This document shows positions 33,237 through 44,654 of a stretch of 64,000 bases of DNA, piece by piece. The stretch comes from a virus. The DNA lies in the IMG/VR virus record IMGVR_UViG_3300045988_060821, positions 80,819-144,818 of that record. The stretch is one strand, 5' to 3'. Positions within the stretch are counted from its first letter, which is position 1. Each line of letters begins with the position of its first letter. Both the position numbers and the translations under genes were made by a program. The notes under the pieces are model-generated. The model was not told the DNA's origin. It saw only the letters and a program-made list of their open reading frames with translations, and did not search any database.

Positions 33237-36200
33237 CTTCTTCTTCCTCTCCTGTTGCTCTCTCACTTCTTAGAACGAGAGAGCCATCAGCGGTTACTTC
33301 GTCGATATGATATAGTTGGTGACCATTGGAACTTGCATACTTCTTAGTTACAAATTCATCGCCTCTGCGGATACCTTGCACCATAATCATGTTTCCACGA
33401 TTGAACCAAGACTTCTCAATGACGGTTTTAGTTCCATCACTATTCTTGCGGAAGGTCTGCTTATCAAACAAGGCGAAATATTCCTGTCTGAATTTAACAG
33501 ATACTACGCCTGTTGTTGTAAGTAGATACACAACACTCTTAGTCTTATTTTTTGCAATGCAAGTTCCGCAGATTCTATTGAGCTTATAAATTGGAATAAT
33601 AGATGCACCTTTTTTGAAAGTTTTTTCAATGATTGAATCTTCAGGCAGAGAGAAGAAATCTACTAAACCATACTTTTGCGTATTCACATTACTTAATTCG
33701 TGGTCATGGTAATAGAAGCACAGAACTTCCATTTCCCAAGAGGAAATATTTCCTTTAGCATACTTTTCCCAATCTTGCATGAAGATTCGAGTATTCAGTT
33801 CATCAAGAATACTATCTTTATTTTCTTTAATCCAATCTCTGAATATATCCATTTCCTTTTGATAGAAGTTATCCCAATCTTTTACATTAAAGAGGAATAT
33901 ATCATTCTCATTCACGATATTCTCCTCAATGCCCCCGACTTGCGTGCTAAGCTCATAAATGAAGTCAACCGCTCGTTCATCCAACTTATAATAAGTCCCA
34001 TCATACTTACATTCTGCTTTTAGATACCGATTGAACTCATAGATTCGGCGCGCAAGAACTTGCCCTTCTGTATTTTCGGGCAAAAGACCATAGCGGATAA
34101 GACCTGGCATATTCTGTAGAGTTAAACGCTTTTTTCTATCACAAGTCATCCACAAATATTGTACCATAGCTTTTTTACGATCACAAAATTGATCAAAAGC
34201 ACCACCCTTAATAAGAGCAATCATAGCTTGCTTATTAGGTGTTACTCTATAATAAAAATCAACCATAGATACATATGGGCGTTTTGCGATAATCTCTTTA
34301 ATCAAATCATTGTTGACGTTAGTTAAACCCTTCAGACCAAACAAGATTTGATTGTTTTCCGCGTCGGGTTTAAAGCCAAGCGCAGAATGGTTAATATCAA
34401 CAAGAGATACTTTAATACCCTTGTTGCGAATTTCACCGATAGCTTTCGCTAACTTTGTATAGTCAGATTGCTCGCCCTCATCTTCATCAATAGCACCGCT
34501 ATTAACGATTAGGTACGCAGTATTCCAATACACAGGATTGAAATGAGTGGCGAGATAAAGAGTTTGCATACCAACAAAGCTATAAGCAAGAGCGTGGATT
34601 GCAGAGAATGAATAACCCATCTGCGGGCCGAGGCCAAACTTCCAGACATATTTACCCAATGTCTCTGACTTTGCCGTATCCAAAACCTTTTGGTGAAGTT
34701 CTGGAATCTTATTCATCTGCTTCTTACCAACAATCTTTCTTGCGGCGTTTGCTTCAGCCAGACTAAAGTTGCAAATATCGGGGTCCCGCAACATCTTCAT
34801 TAACTGTTCCTGAGAAGGAGGTACACCATAAGATGATAAGAAGTAAGGCTCCAAAGTCTTTTGCTCTTGTTTCGTCAGACCATTATTATCCATCTCTTGA
34901 TACCACAAAGAAATATTATTCTTATATCTGACATACTTTTCCATCGGAGTTTCTGCGCCCGGCTCAGAAGCCATAAGACGCATTAGACCATTTGCGTCCG
35001 CCATTTCGAGAGGATTATGCGGACGGATTTTCTTGGCCGCTTGTGCACCAACTGCACTATCGAACTGGAAGCAACCAATTACATCACCATTTGCCAGAGC
35101 AGTCCACATAGCTTCATCATCCTGCGGAAGAACAGATGGATGTAGATATTTATTATAAACCTCTCTAAGAGTTAAGTCTTTCTCAATAACTCCATCAGCT
35201 TGAAGAAGTTCAATAGTCTGAATGATAATATCCTGCACGCTTGTTAACAGGAAGTCATATTTCACAGAACCTGCGGCCTCCTGGTCATGTAGATCCCACT
35301 GGGTAATCAATGCGCCCTTTGGAGTACGCATGACTGCGGCAGAATCATAGATATTTTCATCAAAGAGAATGACACCAGATGCGTGACTACTTCTCTTATT
35401 CACCATGCCTTGAATACGAACAATGATGTCTAAGAGTCCGTCATACTGCGAAACCGCAGTTACAAATGCTTTAACAGGCTTTCTGCCTTTCTCTTGATTA
35501 CCATTGACAACATCTTCAATAGGCCACAAGAAACCACGCTCTTGAGGAATCAAAGAACTCAGATACTGTGCTTCATCAACATCAATACCATCTGGATATT
35601 CCTCAGAACGATAACCTCTACACGCAGTCAAGATTGCAGATTTCGTACCTTCTGTGCCGAAAGTGCAAACCTGAATAAGACCAAGTTCTCCTCTTTCCTT
35701 GCGGATTTCGGCGAAAATCTTCTGAATTTTAGACGGTGCCAAGTCAAGATCAATATCACCTAACTCAACACGTTCATCGTTAATGTAACGCCAGAATGGT
35801 AAATCCCATTCGATAGGATCGAGCTGAGTAATACCAAGGAGATAATGATTCAAAGCGGCGCACGCAGAACCACGACCTGCGCCGACTGTACTGCCGCAAT
35901 TCCAGAACAAATCTACATAGTGTTTCAATGTATTAGGATATGCAAACATACAAGTCTGCAACTTTTCACCGATAACTCTCTTTACTCTTGCTTCTTCTTC
36001 AAGTCTTTCCCAATACTCTTTCTTGTGGATAAGACCTTTCTCTTGCATCGCAATGATACACTCTTGAATCCAATACTTCTCTTGCTCATTATCAGATTCA
36101 ATCAAGGAAGTCAGTACCTTATAATCGTCACGGAAAGTATCCATCATATCTTCTGGAACTCGTGACCAATCATACTTATCATAATGAGTTACTTCTACTT

Positions 36201-37125
36201 CTGGAATAGACTGATGCTTCTCAAGAGAGTAAAACTCAATCTTATCCTTGATTTCATTGGAATTGTCGTAGATCCAATAAATTGTATTTAAGTCGTAGCT
36301 AGACAAAAGTAAATCTGTTGCCTCTTGCTCAGACATAAGATAAGTAAACTCATAAAATGAATCAACTTCTCTTTCTCCACCTTTGGAATTAAGATAGGAT
36401 TTATGCACATATCTATCTTCCTTGGTGAGATAGTGAGCGTCAGTGCCAACGCACATCTTTACGTCAAATGCTTTAGCAATACTAAGCATTCTCTTATTCG
36501 CAATAATCTGGTCTTCGTTATTCGCTGGCGCACACTCTATATAAAAATCATCTTTACCAAAGACATCAATACCGAACTCCATAAAGTCGATAATCTGCTC
36601 ATGGTAACGACGCGCATTATTTTCATCGTTAGCTTTTTCGCAAGCATCAAGGTTTAGAATAGATTGTCCCAATTCTCCACCGATACAAGCGGTTGTACCA
36701 ATAATATCTCCCTTAAATCTCTGCATAACTTCTTTAAGTTCAGATTTGAGGAGCGGTACTCTTTCCATTCGACGGTCATAATAACCGTTTGTCCATGCAA
36801 TAGAGGATAATTCTTTTAGACCTCTATAACCATGCTCATTCTTTGCGAGAAGAATAAAGTGATAATATTTCTGACCCATCTCTCGCGTATCGGTCAGATA
36901 GATCTCGTTGCCCAATGCTACGGTAAACTCAGGATGAGTTTCCTGTAGCTTCTTAGCATACTTATTGACTCTCATATGGGCACTCAACGATTCGTGATCT
37001 GTAATTGCGATTCCTGTCAATCCAAGCTCGATAGCTTTGTCAATCAACTCTTCCGGGTGATTTATACAGTCGAGAAGACGGAGATTGCTATATTCTGTAT
37101 GAGCATGATTGTTGAAATAACTCAT
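33229..37125 (-). CDS. dnaE: DNA polymerase III alpha-type (DnaE/PolC-family) replicative polymerase with N-terminal PHP domain (1298 aa, no TAG).
   Basis: PHP motifs HAHTEYS...AITDH at the N-terminus; length and domain order match a C-family polymerase. Confidence 0.85.
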   Translation of the reverse strand: MSYFNNHAHTEYSNLRLLDCINHPEELIDKAIELGLTGIAITDHESLSAHMRVNKYAKKLQETHPEFTVALGNEIYLTDTREMGQKYYHFILLAKNEHGYRGLKELSSIAWTNGYYDRRMERVPLLKSELKEVMQRFKGDIIGTTACIGGELGQSILNLDACEKANDENNARRYHEQIIDFMEFGIDVFGKDDFYIECAPANNEDQIIANKRMLSIAKAFDVKMCVGTDAHYLTKEDRYVHKSYLNSKGGEREVDSFYEFTYLMSEQEATDLLLSSYDLNTIYWIYDNSNEIKDKIEFYSLEKHQSIPEVEVTHYDKYDWSRVPEDMMDTFRDDYKVLTSLIESDNEQEKYWIQECIIAMQEKGLIHKKEYWERLEEEARVKRVIGEKLQTCMFAYPNTLKHYVDLFWNCGSTVGAGRGSACAALNHYLLGITQLDPIEWDLPFWRYINDERVELGDIDLDLAPSKIQKIFAEIRKERGELGLIQVCTFGTEGTKSAILTACRGYRSEEYPDGIDVDEAQYLSSLIPQERGFLWPIEDVVNGNQEKGRKPVKAFVTAVSQYDGLLDIIVRIQGMVNKRSSHASGVILFDENIYDSAAVMRTPKGALITQWDLHDQEAAGSVKYDFLLTSVQDIIIQTIELLQADGVIEKDLTLREVYNKYLHPSVLPQDDEAMWTALANGDVIGCFQFDSAVGAQAAKKIRPHNPLEMADANGLMRLMASEPGAETPMEKYVRYKNNISLWYQEMDNNGLTKQEQKTLEPYFLSSYGVPPSQEQLMKMLRDPDICNFSLAEANAARKIVGKKQMNKIPELHQKVLDTAKSETLGKYVWKFGLGPQMGYSFSAIHALAYSFVGMQTLYLATHFNPVYWNTAYLIVNSGAIDEDEGEQSDYTKLAKAIGEIRNKGIKVSLVDINHSALGFKPDAENNQILFGLKGLTNVNNDLIKEIIAKRPYVSMVDFYYRVTPNKQAMIALIKGGAFDQFCDRKKAMVQYLWMTCDRKKRLTLQNMPGLIRYGLLPENTEGQVLARRIYEFNRYLKAECKYDGTYYKLDERAVDFIYELSTQVGGIEENIVNENDIFLFNVKDWDNFYQKEMDIFRDWIKENKDSILDELNTRIFMQDWEKYAKGNISSWEMEVLCFYYHDHELSNVNTQKYGLVDFFSLPEDSIIEKTFKKGASIIPIYKLNRICGTCIAKNKTKSVVYLLTTTGVVSVKFRQEYFALFDKQTFRKNSDGTKTVIEKSWFNRGNMIMVQGIRRGDEFVTKKYASSNGHQLYHIDEVTADGSLVLRSERATGEEEEDE

Positions 37126-37187
37126 AAACTATCTCCTTTACCTTTTATATAAATATTATAGCATAATTAAATACAAAAAGCAAGTTA

Positions 37188-38348
37188 TCAATCTTTTAAT
37201 ACCAAGGTTAATTTCTGCGAAGCTCTTGTCACAGCTGTGTATAGCCATCTTGCATGGTCTGCTCTTTTTAGGACTTCTTCAAGCACTAGCACTTTATCAT
37301 ACTCGCTACCTTGACTCTTATGAACTGTAATACAGTAACCATAATCAAACTGCTCTGGTCGCAACTGCTTAGGAAACATTCGGAAGTTTTCTTTATTAAC
37401 AGTCGCTTCTTTTGTAGTAATAAGCTTATAGTCCATCAAGAGTTCATGGAATACTTGATCACGAGGGTCTGTTTCATCAATAGTCTCTGGTGCGAAATCA
37501 ATGATGCACATAGGATTAAGCCACGGATTTGGGTAGGTAGCAATCTCTTCAATTGTGCCAATAGTCCCATTAACAAGAGCATCACCTGTGGCAGTAATCT
37601 TATCCCAGTTATTCTTAAGACAAATAACTTTATCTCCAACAATAGGAGCAGGAATATCTTCGCCATATCGCATATTGCGATAATAATTATTCATAGTGTG
37701 ACGAGTAATATTCTTGCCACAGAGGATTTGATCCGCCCATGTGAACATACCATCACAAAGGTCTCTCTGTCGGACTACGTTGATTTCAGAACCCTTGTAA
37801 GGTTTAATAATCTTACCAGCACGAATATCCGCGGACAGGCGGATAATCTCACTTTCTGCGGCTTGACGCATAATTTCGTCAAGGAAGATATGCGGATGGT
37901 CGAGGATGCCATTCTCCTCGCCAATAGGAGGCAATTGACCTGGGTCGCCGCAAGCAATCACATAAACATTATGCGATAGCAGTAATTCCCACATCTGTTT
38001 TGGCAGCATAGATACCTCATCTACCACGACAATATCGCAATCAGAGTTGAGTGACTCTCTTGGAATATGAATGAAGGTGCCATCAGCTCGCTGTAAGGAT
38101 TTATAGAGTAGTCGGTGCGCAGTCATCGCAGTTGGACAACCTTTATTTCTTAACACTTGAGCTGCTTTGCCCGTATAAGCAATATAGGCCACTCGTTCAG
38201 GATTGATATCTAGAGCAGAAATAATGAACTTAATAAGTGTTGATTTACCAGTACCGGCGTATCCAGCAATCACAGTATAGGGTTCATTTTGGTGATATCG
38301 CTCTACTGCAATTCTCAATCCTTCCTCTTGTTTACGTGTTAGTTCCAT
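37188..38348 (-). CDS. Dda/RecD-like SF1 DNA helicase.
   Basis: Walker A GYAGTGKST, Walker B VVVDEVSML, and GDPGQLPPI motifs. Confidence 0.8.
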   Translation of the reverse strand: MELTRKQEEGLRIAVERYHQNEPYTVIAGYAGTGKSTLIKFIISALDINPERVAYIAYTGKAAQVLRNKGCPTAMTAHRLLYKSLQRADGTFIHIPRESLNSDCDIVVVDEVSMLPKQMWELLLSHNVYVIACGDPGQLPPIGEENGILDHPHIFLDEIMRQAAESEIIRLSADIRAGKIIKPYKGSEINVVRQRDLCDGMFTWADQILCGKNITRHTMNNYYRNMRYGEDIPAPIVGDKVICLKNNWDKITATGDALVNGTIGTIEEIATYPNPWLNPMCIIDFAPETIDETDPRDQVFHELLMDYKLITTKEATVNKENFRMFPKQLRPEQFDYGYCITVHKSQGSEYDKVLVLEEVLKRADHARWLYTAVTRASQKLTLVLKD

Positions 38349-38559
38349 TTTCCTTCTCCTTAATCGCTGCATCTACTTTAGCTTTTAAATCATACAAATC
38401 TTCCAATCTCACGTCATAGAGCAGTCTAGTATTCATCGGTAGTGTAATTAAATCTCCATTTAGCTTATAGGAGAGTTGTTCATGCAGCGAAGCTACTTCT
38501 TCAACATTCATACTAGTCATATCTACATATAAAATATTCATACCACTTTTCCTTTCCAA
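38332..38559 (-). CDS. Small hypothetical protein (75 aa).
   Basis: Intact ORF only. Confidence 0.3.
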   Translation of the reverse strand: MERKSGMNILYVDMTSMNVEEVASLHEQLSYKLNGDLITLPMNTRLLYDVRLEDLYDLKAKVDAAIKEKENGTNT

Positions 38560-38629
38560 AAATAGTAAACCCTATTTTAGTTTCGGCGAACGGCCGTCTA
38601 GGTTCCGGCCAGTTCGTCGATTCTTTATT

Positions 38630-39394
38630 TTAACTTATGAAGTAATTATATGCAGCAATAGCATTTTGCTGTCGCGTATAATAGCTCCCAGAACCGCACC
38701 TCTCATAGCATTTAGCAAATGCTAGAGCAGCGCTCTTAATGTCGGTTAAATCCAAGAAACTATTGTAATCAAAGTTTCTCTTATAAACATAACCGAATGT
38801 ATCGAACTCGTACTCAATAGTATCTCGCAGATAGTCGCATTGCTCTTCTAACGAGGCTCCCCATACATTTGAGTAGGCTTTATTCCATTGACATATACCA
38901 TAATATCCGTTACCAGAAATCGTGGCTTGAATGTCTAATGTGTTACCTCCAGTTTCAGCCATTATATTACCAAGAATGCCAGCGCAAACTTGGTTACTGT
39001 AGCCCAGATCTTTGAAGTAGGTCCATATATAAGTAGCTGTTGGGTACTCTTCTTCTTTTTGATGCCAATGTTCCATGAGTTGGTCATATACACTTTGATA
39101 TTTCAGTCTCAAAGCATTTGCATCAGCGTGTTCTTGTTTTGCTAATACAATGACGTCATGGTCTTCACTATAGCCTAGCTATCTAGCAGCTTCAGCCATT
39201 TGATGTGCGGCGTTCATATTCGAGATTTGTTCCGCAATAAGCTCAATCAATGTATCCATATCATCAAGAGTATAACTAACAGTTTCGTTATACGGCACGG
39301 AATAAGCTTGAGCAGTGACCGCTAGGCCATAGCTACATCCGCATAAAGACAATATAATGATTAAACTTGTGATAACTTTAATAAAACGACTCAT
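38630..39394 (-). CDS. Lipoprotein with a lysozyme-like (phage tail lysozyme family) peptidoglycan hydrolase domain (about 254 aa, 1 TAG at 39179-39181).
   Basis: N-terminal lipobox signal IIILSLCGCS. Pieces 39179-39394 and 38630-39112 share a frame and are joined by TAG. Motifs GILGNIMAETGGN and GICQW. Confidence 0.6.
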
Positions 39395-39470
39395 TTGATT
39401 GTTCCTCCTTTAGTAAGAGGTCGCGCAATCATTAAAAATAATATTCCTGACGATTTATAATCTCATAATT

Positions 39471-41180
39471 CTAGATAATAAGTTGTGGTGTTATACTATT
39501 GAAGTATTTATTTACTTCGGCCTTACCCACAAGATTAATAGTCACGCAACCGTTTTCGCTGAACAAACTATCCAGCTCCTCTTCGCTTGATTTAAACTTG
39601 ATGCAAGTAACTCCGTTGGGTAATTGGATCTTCAACGTGGGGTTCCTATCTCTTGCCATGAGTGTAATCATGTCTTTTGTTACTGCAACATTTTCCACCG
39701 CGATAAGTGGTTCATCAACATTTTGACCCCAAAGATTTTTCATGTTACCTAGTTCAAGAATTTCTTTAGGATTAAAGTTGTTTACAGAATGAATAAAATC
39801 CACTTTATAACTTGGTGAAAATTCTATATCCTTGAGTGCATTATCGGCATATTCGAGAAAGGCATCAAAATTCTCGTCTAAGATACCGAAACCAAATGCA
39901 TTAGGATGGCCTTCAGCAAGATAAACTAAACCGCTATCTCGACAAAAGCCTCTGAAATCATTTAGCTTAGATTTCTCATATCCACGCGCCGAACCGCTCC
40001 AAGCGATTTTCCCATCTTCTTCTACTTCCACTAACAATGCCACAGGCCGCTGATACTCTGCCATAAGTTTATTAGCAATTAAACCAGTGATACCTCTATC
40101 AAAAGAAGGATGTTCTAATTTAATTAACAGAATCTTATGGTCGAGGAGTTTATTATCCTCGATAATCGCTTTAACCTGTTCAACTGCGGCATCCTGATTT
40201 CTAGTCTGCCGATTCTTGACATTAGTGCAAGTCCGCAGACTTTGTTCCAACCTTGTCTCTTGTTGACCAGAGCATCCTCTCTTAGTTGAAGGAACTAAAT
40301 CAAAAGCTTTCCAGTTAAGCATCGACTCAAATAATAGAGTCTTTTCAGCCATTGTTCCAACTCTTGTAATTGAGTTAATAAGCGGCACAATGTAGAAAGC
40401 CACCCCGATAGGAGTAGGGTGATCACCTAACTGATAATGGTTCTTTTCCGCCATACCTTTGATAAATGGATTTTGAATTTGGCTTAATCCAGTTTGAACC
40501 AGATAGTGTGTTTCAAAATCTCTCAAATCCATCATATCTCCAACTAAGCCAATAGCTACTATATCCAAGAATTGATCCGCTTTCTGTTGATCTGCGGGAA
40601 GCAGAGAATCAATAAATTGACATAGCTTATAAACTACACCAACACCGGAAAGCGACTTAGTAGGATAATCACAAAGCTGATTATTTACGACACAGGCGTA
40701 TTCTGAAATTCTCTCAGCCTAATGGTGATCCAATACAAGGACTTCAATACCTTTATCATGAAGAGCCTTGTGAATATCGTAGTCATTAGAACTTGAATCT
40801 GGTGCAATGACCAATGATGTCTCTGATGGAATCAACTCAGGGTTAATGCCATGAATCTTGCCATCGTGGAAACTATATGAAATATGCGATATAGCAGATG
40901 GAAATACGGCATGAATATAATTCAATAATAAAGCTGCTGAAGTATATCCATCGCAGTCGCTATCTACTTGCACATGAATATGAAAACTATCTCTACTAAG
41001 TTGATTAAAAATCATCTTAGCTGCACTCTCAATATTTTTGAGTAAAAGGGGTGATAAATTATCTGATTCTGATACATTAAGATAATGGTCAATATCTTCA
41101 AATTTAATCCCTCTATTTGTCAACACCTGTTCAATAGCGGAGTAACCGTCATGAATAGGCTTAATCAGCTAATAATCCAT
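39471..41180 (-). CDS. DHH-family (RecJ-like) phosphoesterase/exonuclease (about 570 aa, 2 recoded TAG at 41169-41171 and 40719-40721).
   Basis: SD box AAGGAGG then ATG at 41180. The LVLDHH motif is followed directly by TAG, then an open frame into piece 39471-40568. DHHA1 Gly-His motif (AEGHPNAFG). Confidence 0.8.
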
Positions 41181-41191
41181 GATTTACCTCC

Positions 41192-42295
41192 TTAACCTTT
41201 TGGAATAATTCGTTCGGCTAATAACTTCTCAAAAACTTGCGGCCCTTGGTCAATAGGGCTAGCTTTATAAGGTGAAATCATAGCTTTATCGAATATAGCT
41301 GTTACTCTTATAGAGTTATTATATTTATTATAAAAATGAATAAGTTTAGCTTTTAATCGCTTAAATTCATCATCACTAATTTCTTGAAACTGCCTATCAA
41401 GAGCAATCACAATTTCTCTCGCGCCAACGTGCTTCAACAAATCAACCTGATAGCTCGATAAGCTACTTCCGCAAATAGCGACAGAAATATCGTTCTCATG
41501 CCCATAATATGATTGATACATTAAACAAGATTTCTCACTCTCAAAGATAACTGCCGCGTGGATTTTAGCGATATTATCTTTGCTATTATTTAAGTTATAC
41601 AAATTCATACTTAATGGATGATTGTATAACTGCTTACCAATCAATAGAGGTCTATATTTGCCATATCTTTCAGCTTCATCTGCCGCCAAAGAACGACCTC
41701 TAATACCAATCAAACGATTATCAATGTCAAAATGCGGGATTGTGATTTGCTCGCCGCCTGGATAGTAGCCAATGAGATTCTTCTTACTCACTTCATCGCT
41801 AATTCCTTCTTGCTCCCAGCGAGAGATTCGCGGATAAGCAAAGCGAGTAAGAATAACTGGATCATATTCCTTTAGCTGAACCATAGGTTTCTTTTCTGGA
41901 AGCCGCAGATTGTGTTTCTTAAATATGTCCCAGTCTTTTAATTCCGATTGTTCATCTTGTTTTTCGATACCATCAAAACCAAAGTACGATGCTATATAAT
42001 CCATAGCATCGTACATTTCCCATTTCAGTTGCTTTTGATTTTTCATTACCTTGATACATAGGTCAAAGATATCAAAAGTAGGGTCAATACAGCCAGTATA
42101 GCATCTAAACAATCGAGTATTAGTGTAATAATAAAGCTTGCGGGAACCTTCGCCAGGTAGATTGTGACAAATGGTCTGGGAGATAAGCCCTCCATCTGTG
42201 TACTCAGGCTCGCCTCCCCAAGCTTCTACCAAGTCATAAATCTGCTCTAGTTCTAGTTTCTCCTTTAGCTCGTCTTTATCATAATAACGAGACAT
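41192..42295 (-). CDS. DnaG-like DNA primase (CHC2 zinc finger plus TOPRIM).
   Basis: Zn finger CHN...FRCYTGC near the N-terminus; TOPRIM-like acidic motifs downstream; sits beside the DnaB helicase. Confidence 0.7.
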   Translation of the reverse strand: MSRYYDKDELKEKLELEQIYDLVEAWGGEPEYTDGGLISQTICHNLPGEGSRKLYYYTNTRLFRCYTGCIDPTFDIFDLCIKVMKNQKQLKWEMYDAMDYIASYFGFDGIEKQDEQSELKDWDIFKKHNLRLPEKKPMVQLKEYDPVILTRFAYPRISRWEQEGISDEVSKKNLIGYYPGGEQITIPHFDIDNRLIGIRGRSLAADEAERYGKYRPLLIGKQLYNHPLSMNLYNLNNSKDNIAKIHAAVIFESEKSCLMYQSYYGHENDISVAICGSSLSSYQVDLLKHVGAREIVIALDRQFQEISDDEFKRLKAKLIHFYNKYNNSIRVTAIFDKAMISPYKASPIDQGPQVFEKLLAERIIPKG

Positions 42296-42468
42296 TACTC
42301 AATAATAACGAGATGAGTTACCGTACCACGCAGACCATAACTCTCATTGATAATCACCATTACATACTGATAAGGGTTCTTCTTTGCTTCATCATCCTTA
42401 CGAGTAGAAAGAATACTATCAAACTGCTTCTTAGTAATCTGATAATCAATAGCCTTAGAGTTCTTCAT
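42295..42468 (-). CDS. Small hypothetical protein (57 aa); TAATG-coupled to the primase.
   Basis: SD box TTAAGGAGAAG then ATG at 42468. Confidence 0.3.
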   Translation of the reverse strand: MKNSKAIDYQITKKQFDSILSTRKDDEAKKNPYQYVMVIINESYGLRGTVTHLVIIE

Positions 42469-42480
42469 ATTATCTTCTCC

Positions 42481-44021
42481 TTAATTATTATTATCCCATG
42501 CACTGGGTCCATCATCTACAATAACCTTAATATCTTCAATACCAACCATTTCATGATGCCAAGTGGTACAAAACTGAGGATGAATGCGACAAGTACCTAA
42601 ATCCGCGGTACACCACAAGAAAACGCCCTTATAAGAGCCTCGTCTGTTCTTATAGACAGAGAGTTTAATGTTCGGTCTTTGAAGATTGGGGTTTGCTTCA
42701 AGAATTGGTTCTAACTTTGCTAAATCTTCTTCTGAAACACCTAGCAAAATCATACCTACGTCAGCTCGGTCGGCAATACTCTTAGCACCACGTAGTAAGT
42801 TCTGGTCAGGAGTTTCGCTATCTTTATAATCACCATTCAGCTGAGTTGCTGACATGATAAAAATACCATATTTATTTGCCAAATCTTTCAGTCTTGCGGA
42901 AAGCATAAACAAGATATTATCCTCTCTCAAGCGGATACCACCTGTCTTCTTGGTAATTTCCTCCAAGATTTTCAAAGAGGTCTGAATATAGTCGAACAAG
43001 ACATACTTAACATCATGCTCTCGAATATTCTTCTTAATCTTATTCTCAACATCTTGCAAAGAGAAATCTGGTAATTCCTCAATCCAGATAGGGCTATCTT
43101 TAATAATCTTCGCCGCCTCTACGACTCGCTCGCGTTCTCCCTCAAGATACTGACCGTTAAGAATATGCTCCTCATTTACGCAAGAAAGAAAAGCCAACAT
43201 CATTGTTTGAACTTCACCTTTATCTTGCTCTGTGGCAATAAAGAGTGTTGGTTGAGACGCGCCATTTTTAATCCAGCCAAACTGTTCATGGTAGATACGA
43301 TTACACGCAAAATTGCAGGCATCCGCGATCATACTTCTCGTTTTACCGATACCAGTAGCTGCGGACCGCAAGTAATATTTCCGCAATCTTGCTCCTCTTG
43401 TTACCGTATTGATAAGCGGTCCATAGAGAGGAATACCGACCTCTGGATGCTTCTCAAGGTCTTCGATTAACTCCATGATACCATCACCCGCTTGATATCC
43501 AAGACCTAAATCATCTTCAATATACTTACTCTTGATTTCATCAATCTTAGTATCAATCGTATTTGCAATATCAATTAGTGAAGTTGCATCTAACCAATCC
43601 TCTTGTTGCTGACGCTTCTTAGTATCAAGAAGATTATCTGCGTCATACAATCCACTTACATCCACTCCATAGCTATCATAAGCTCTTAACAAAGTGAACT
43701 TTTTCAATCTACCGTAGTAGTAGTTAAAAGTGTCTTGTCGAGCATTTTGAGAAGCTTCTAATAGATACTCAACACCTTTATTCTTCTTAAAGATTGCATC
43801 AAACTTAGGTCTATTGGCTAGATAGTCAATAATAGCGTCGATATTAACCTAACTACCTGTCAGATGAATATTATACATACTACCGAATACAATCTTGTGA
43901 AAATCTTCTACGAAGTCCTCTTCATGGATCATATACTTGTCTGTGTCATCGAGAATCGCGGCATTATTGAAGACACAACCGATAATCTGTGTGATAGCAG
44001 CAGTATCAACATAACTACTAT
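42481..44021 (-). CDS. DnaB-like replicative helicase (about 513 aa; 1 recoded TAG near 43851).
   Basis: The N-terminal DnaB-like domain (43708-44021) is in frame with the ORF-track piece 42481-43707 via a single TAG. RecA-fold Walker A ATGIGKT. SD box GGAGAGGAAG then ATG at 44021. Confidence 0.75.
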
Positions 44022-44558
44022 TCATGTATCTTCCTCTCCTTCGTCTAAGAATGTAAATAATTGCCGCGTATGCTTCATTGGCTCTCTCTTAGGAGGAACA
44101 ATGTGAATCTCCCGCACAGGCAAATTATACTTCTGAATTTCTACTCCCTTATTGCGCTCTTGAGCTTCCCATAAAGCTCTCCAATAGTCAAATGCTTTAT
44201 CATATACCCAAGGAATAATACCGATACCGCCGTTAGCTTTTTCAATCGGATTACCTTTAACTTCAAAGAAAAATTTTAGCGTTTTCCTCATTCCAGAATA
44301 ACTATAATTTTTTTCTTTTCTAAAGGTGTCCATCTGTTTCCTAATTTTGATTGGGATAGTGCTAACTCCAAATAATTCCTTGATATATTCTTCTAATTCA
44401 CGCTTGTCTTTTTCTTCTTGAGTTTGATTTTCTTCTTCTGTCCTCGCACAAGCTACATGAGCATATCGTCTTGCATTTGGTTTTACGAAAGGTTCGGTAT
44501 TAGCATCAAACATCTGGCCGCAGTACAAGCACTTCACCATATGTTTTGCCATAATCAT
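44022..44558 (-). CDS. Zn-ribbon protein (CLYCG...HVAC); possible helicase loader or replication accessory.
   Basis: Intact ORF with a Cys4-like N-terminus, upstream of dnaB. Confidence 0.35.
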   Translation of the reverse strand: MIMAKHMVKCLYCGQMFDANTEPFVKPNARRYAHVACARTEEENQTQEEKDKRELEEYIKELFGVSTIPIKIRKQMDTFRKEKNYSYSGMRKTLKFFFEVKGNPIEKANGGIGIIPWVYDKAFDYWRALWEAQERNKGVEIQKYNLPVREIHIVPPKREPMKHTRQLFTFLDEGEEDT

Positions 44559-44613
44559 TACGCTCCTTTCTTTACATTTTCTATAACTATTATACCATAA
44601 TTATAATAAAAAA

Positions 44614-44650
44614 TCAAAAGGAGAGTATTCATACAAGAATACTCTCCTTT
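44614..44650 (-). terminator. Rho-independent terminator for the minus strand (AAAGGAGAGTATTC-ATACA-AGAATACTCTCCTTT, then a T-run on the minus strand).
   Basis: 14-bp perfect inverted repeat. Confidence 0.7.
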
Positions 44651-44654
44651 AATC

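Noticed and set aside
37311-37979. Long antisense ORFs (37311-37979 +, 45817-46344 +, 54655-55158 +, 25074-25526 +, 33700-34023 +).
   Set aside because: Each lies opposite a gene with strong homology (Dda helicase, SSB-like, GyrB, Cys-rich gene, DnaE) and lacks an SD box. They are shadow ORFs.
38560-38629. Possible tRNA in a 70-nt intergenic gap with a GC-rich hairpin (GAACGGCCG...CGGCCAGTTC).
   Set aside because: It is too short and lacks T-loop (GTTCRANYC) and D-loop features. It is better explained as a stem-loop terminator or attenuator between two minus-strand genes. No tRNA could be supported anywhere in the window by eye.
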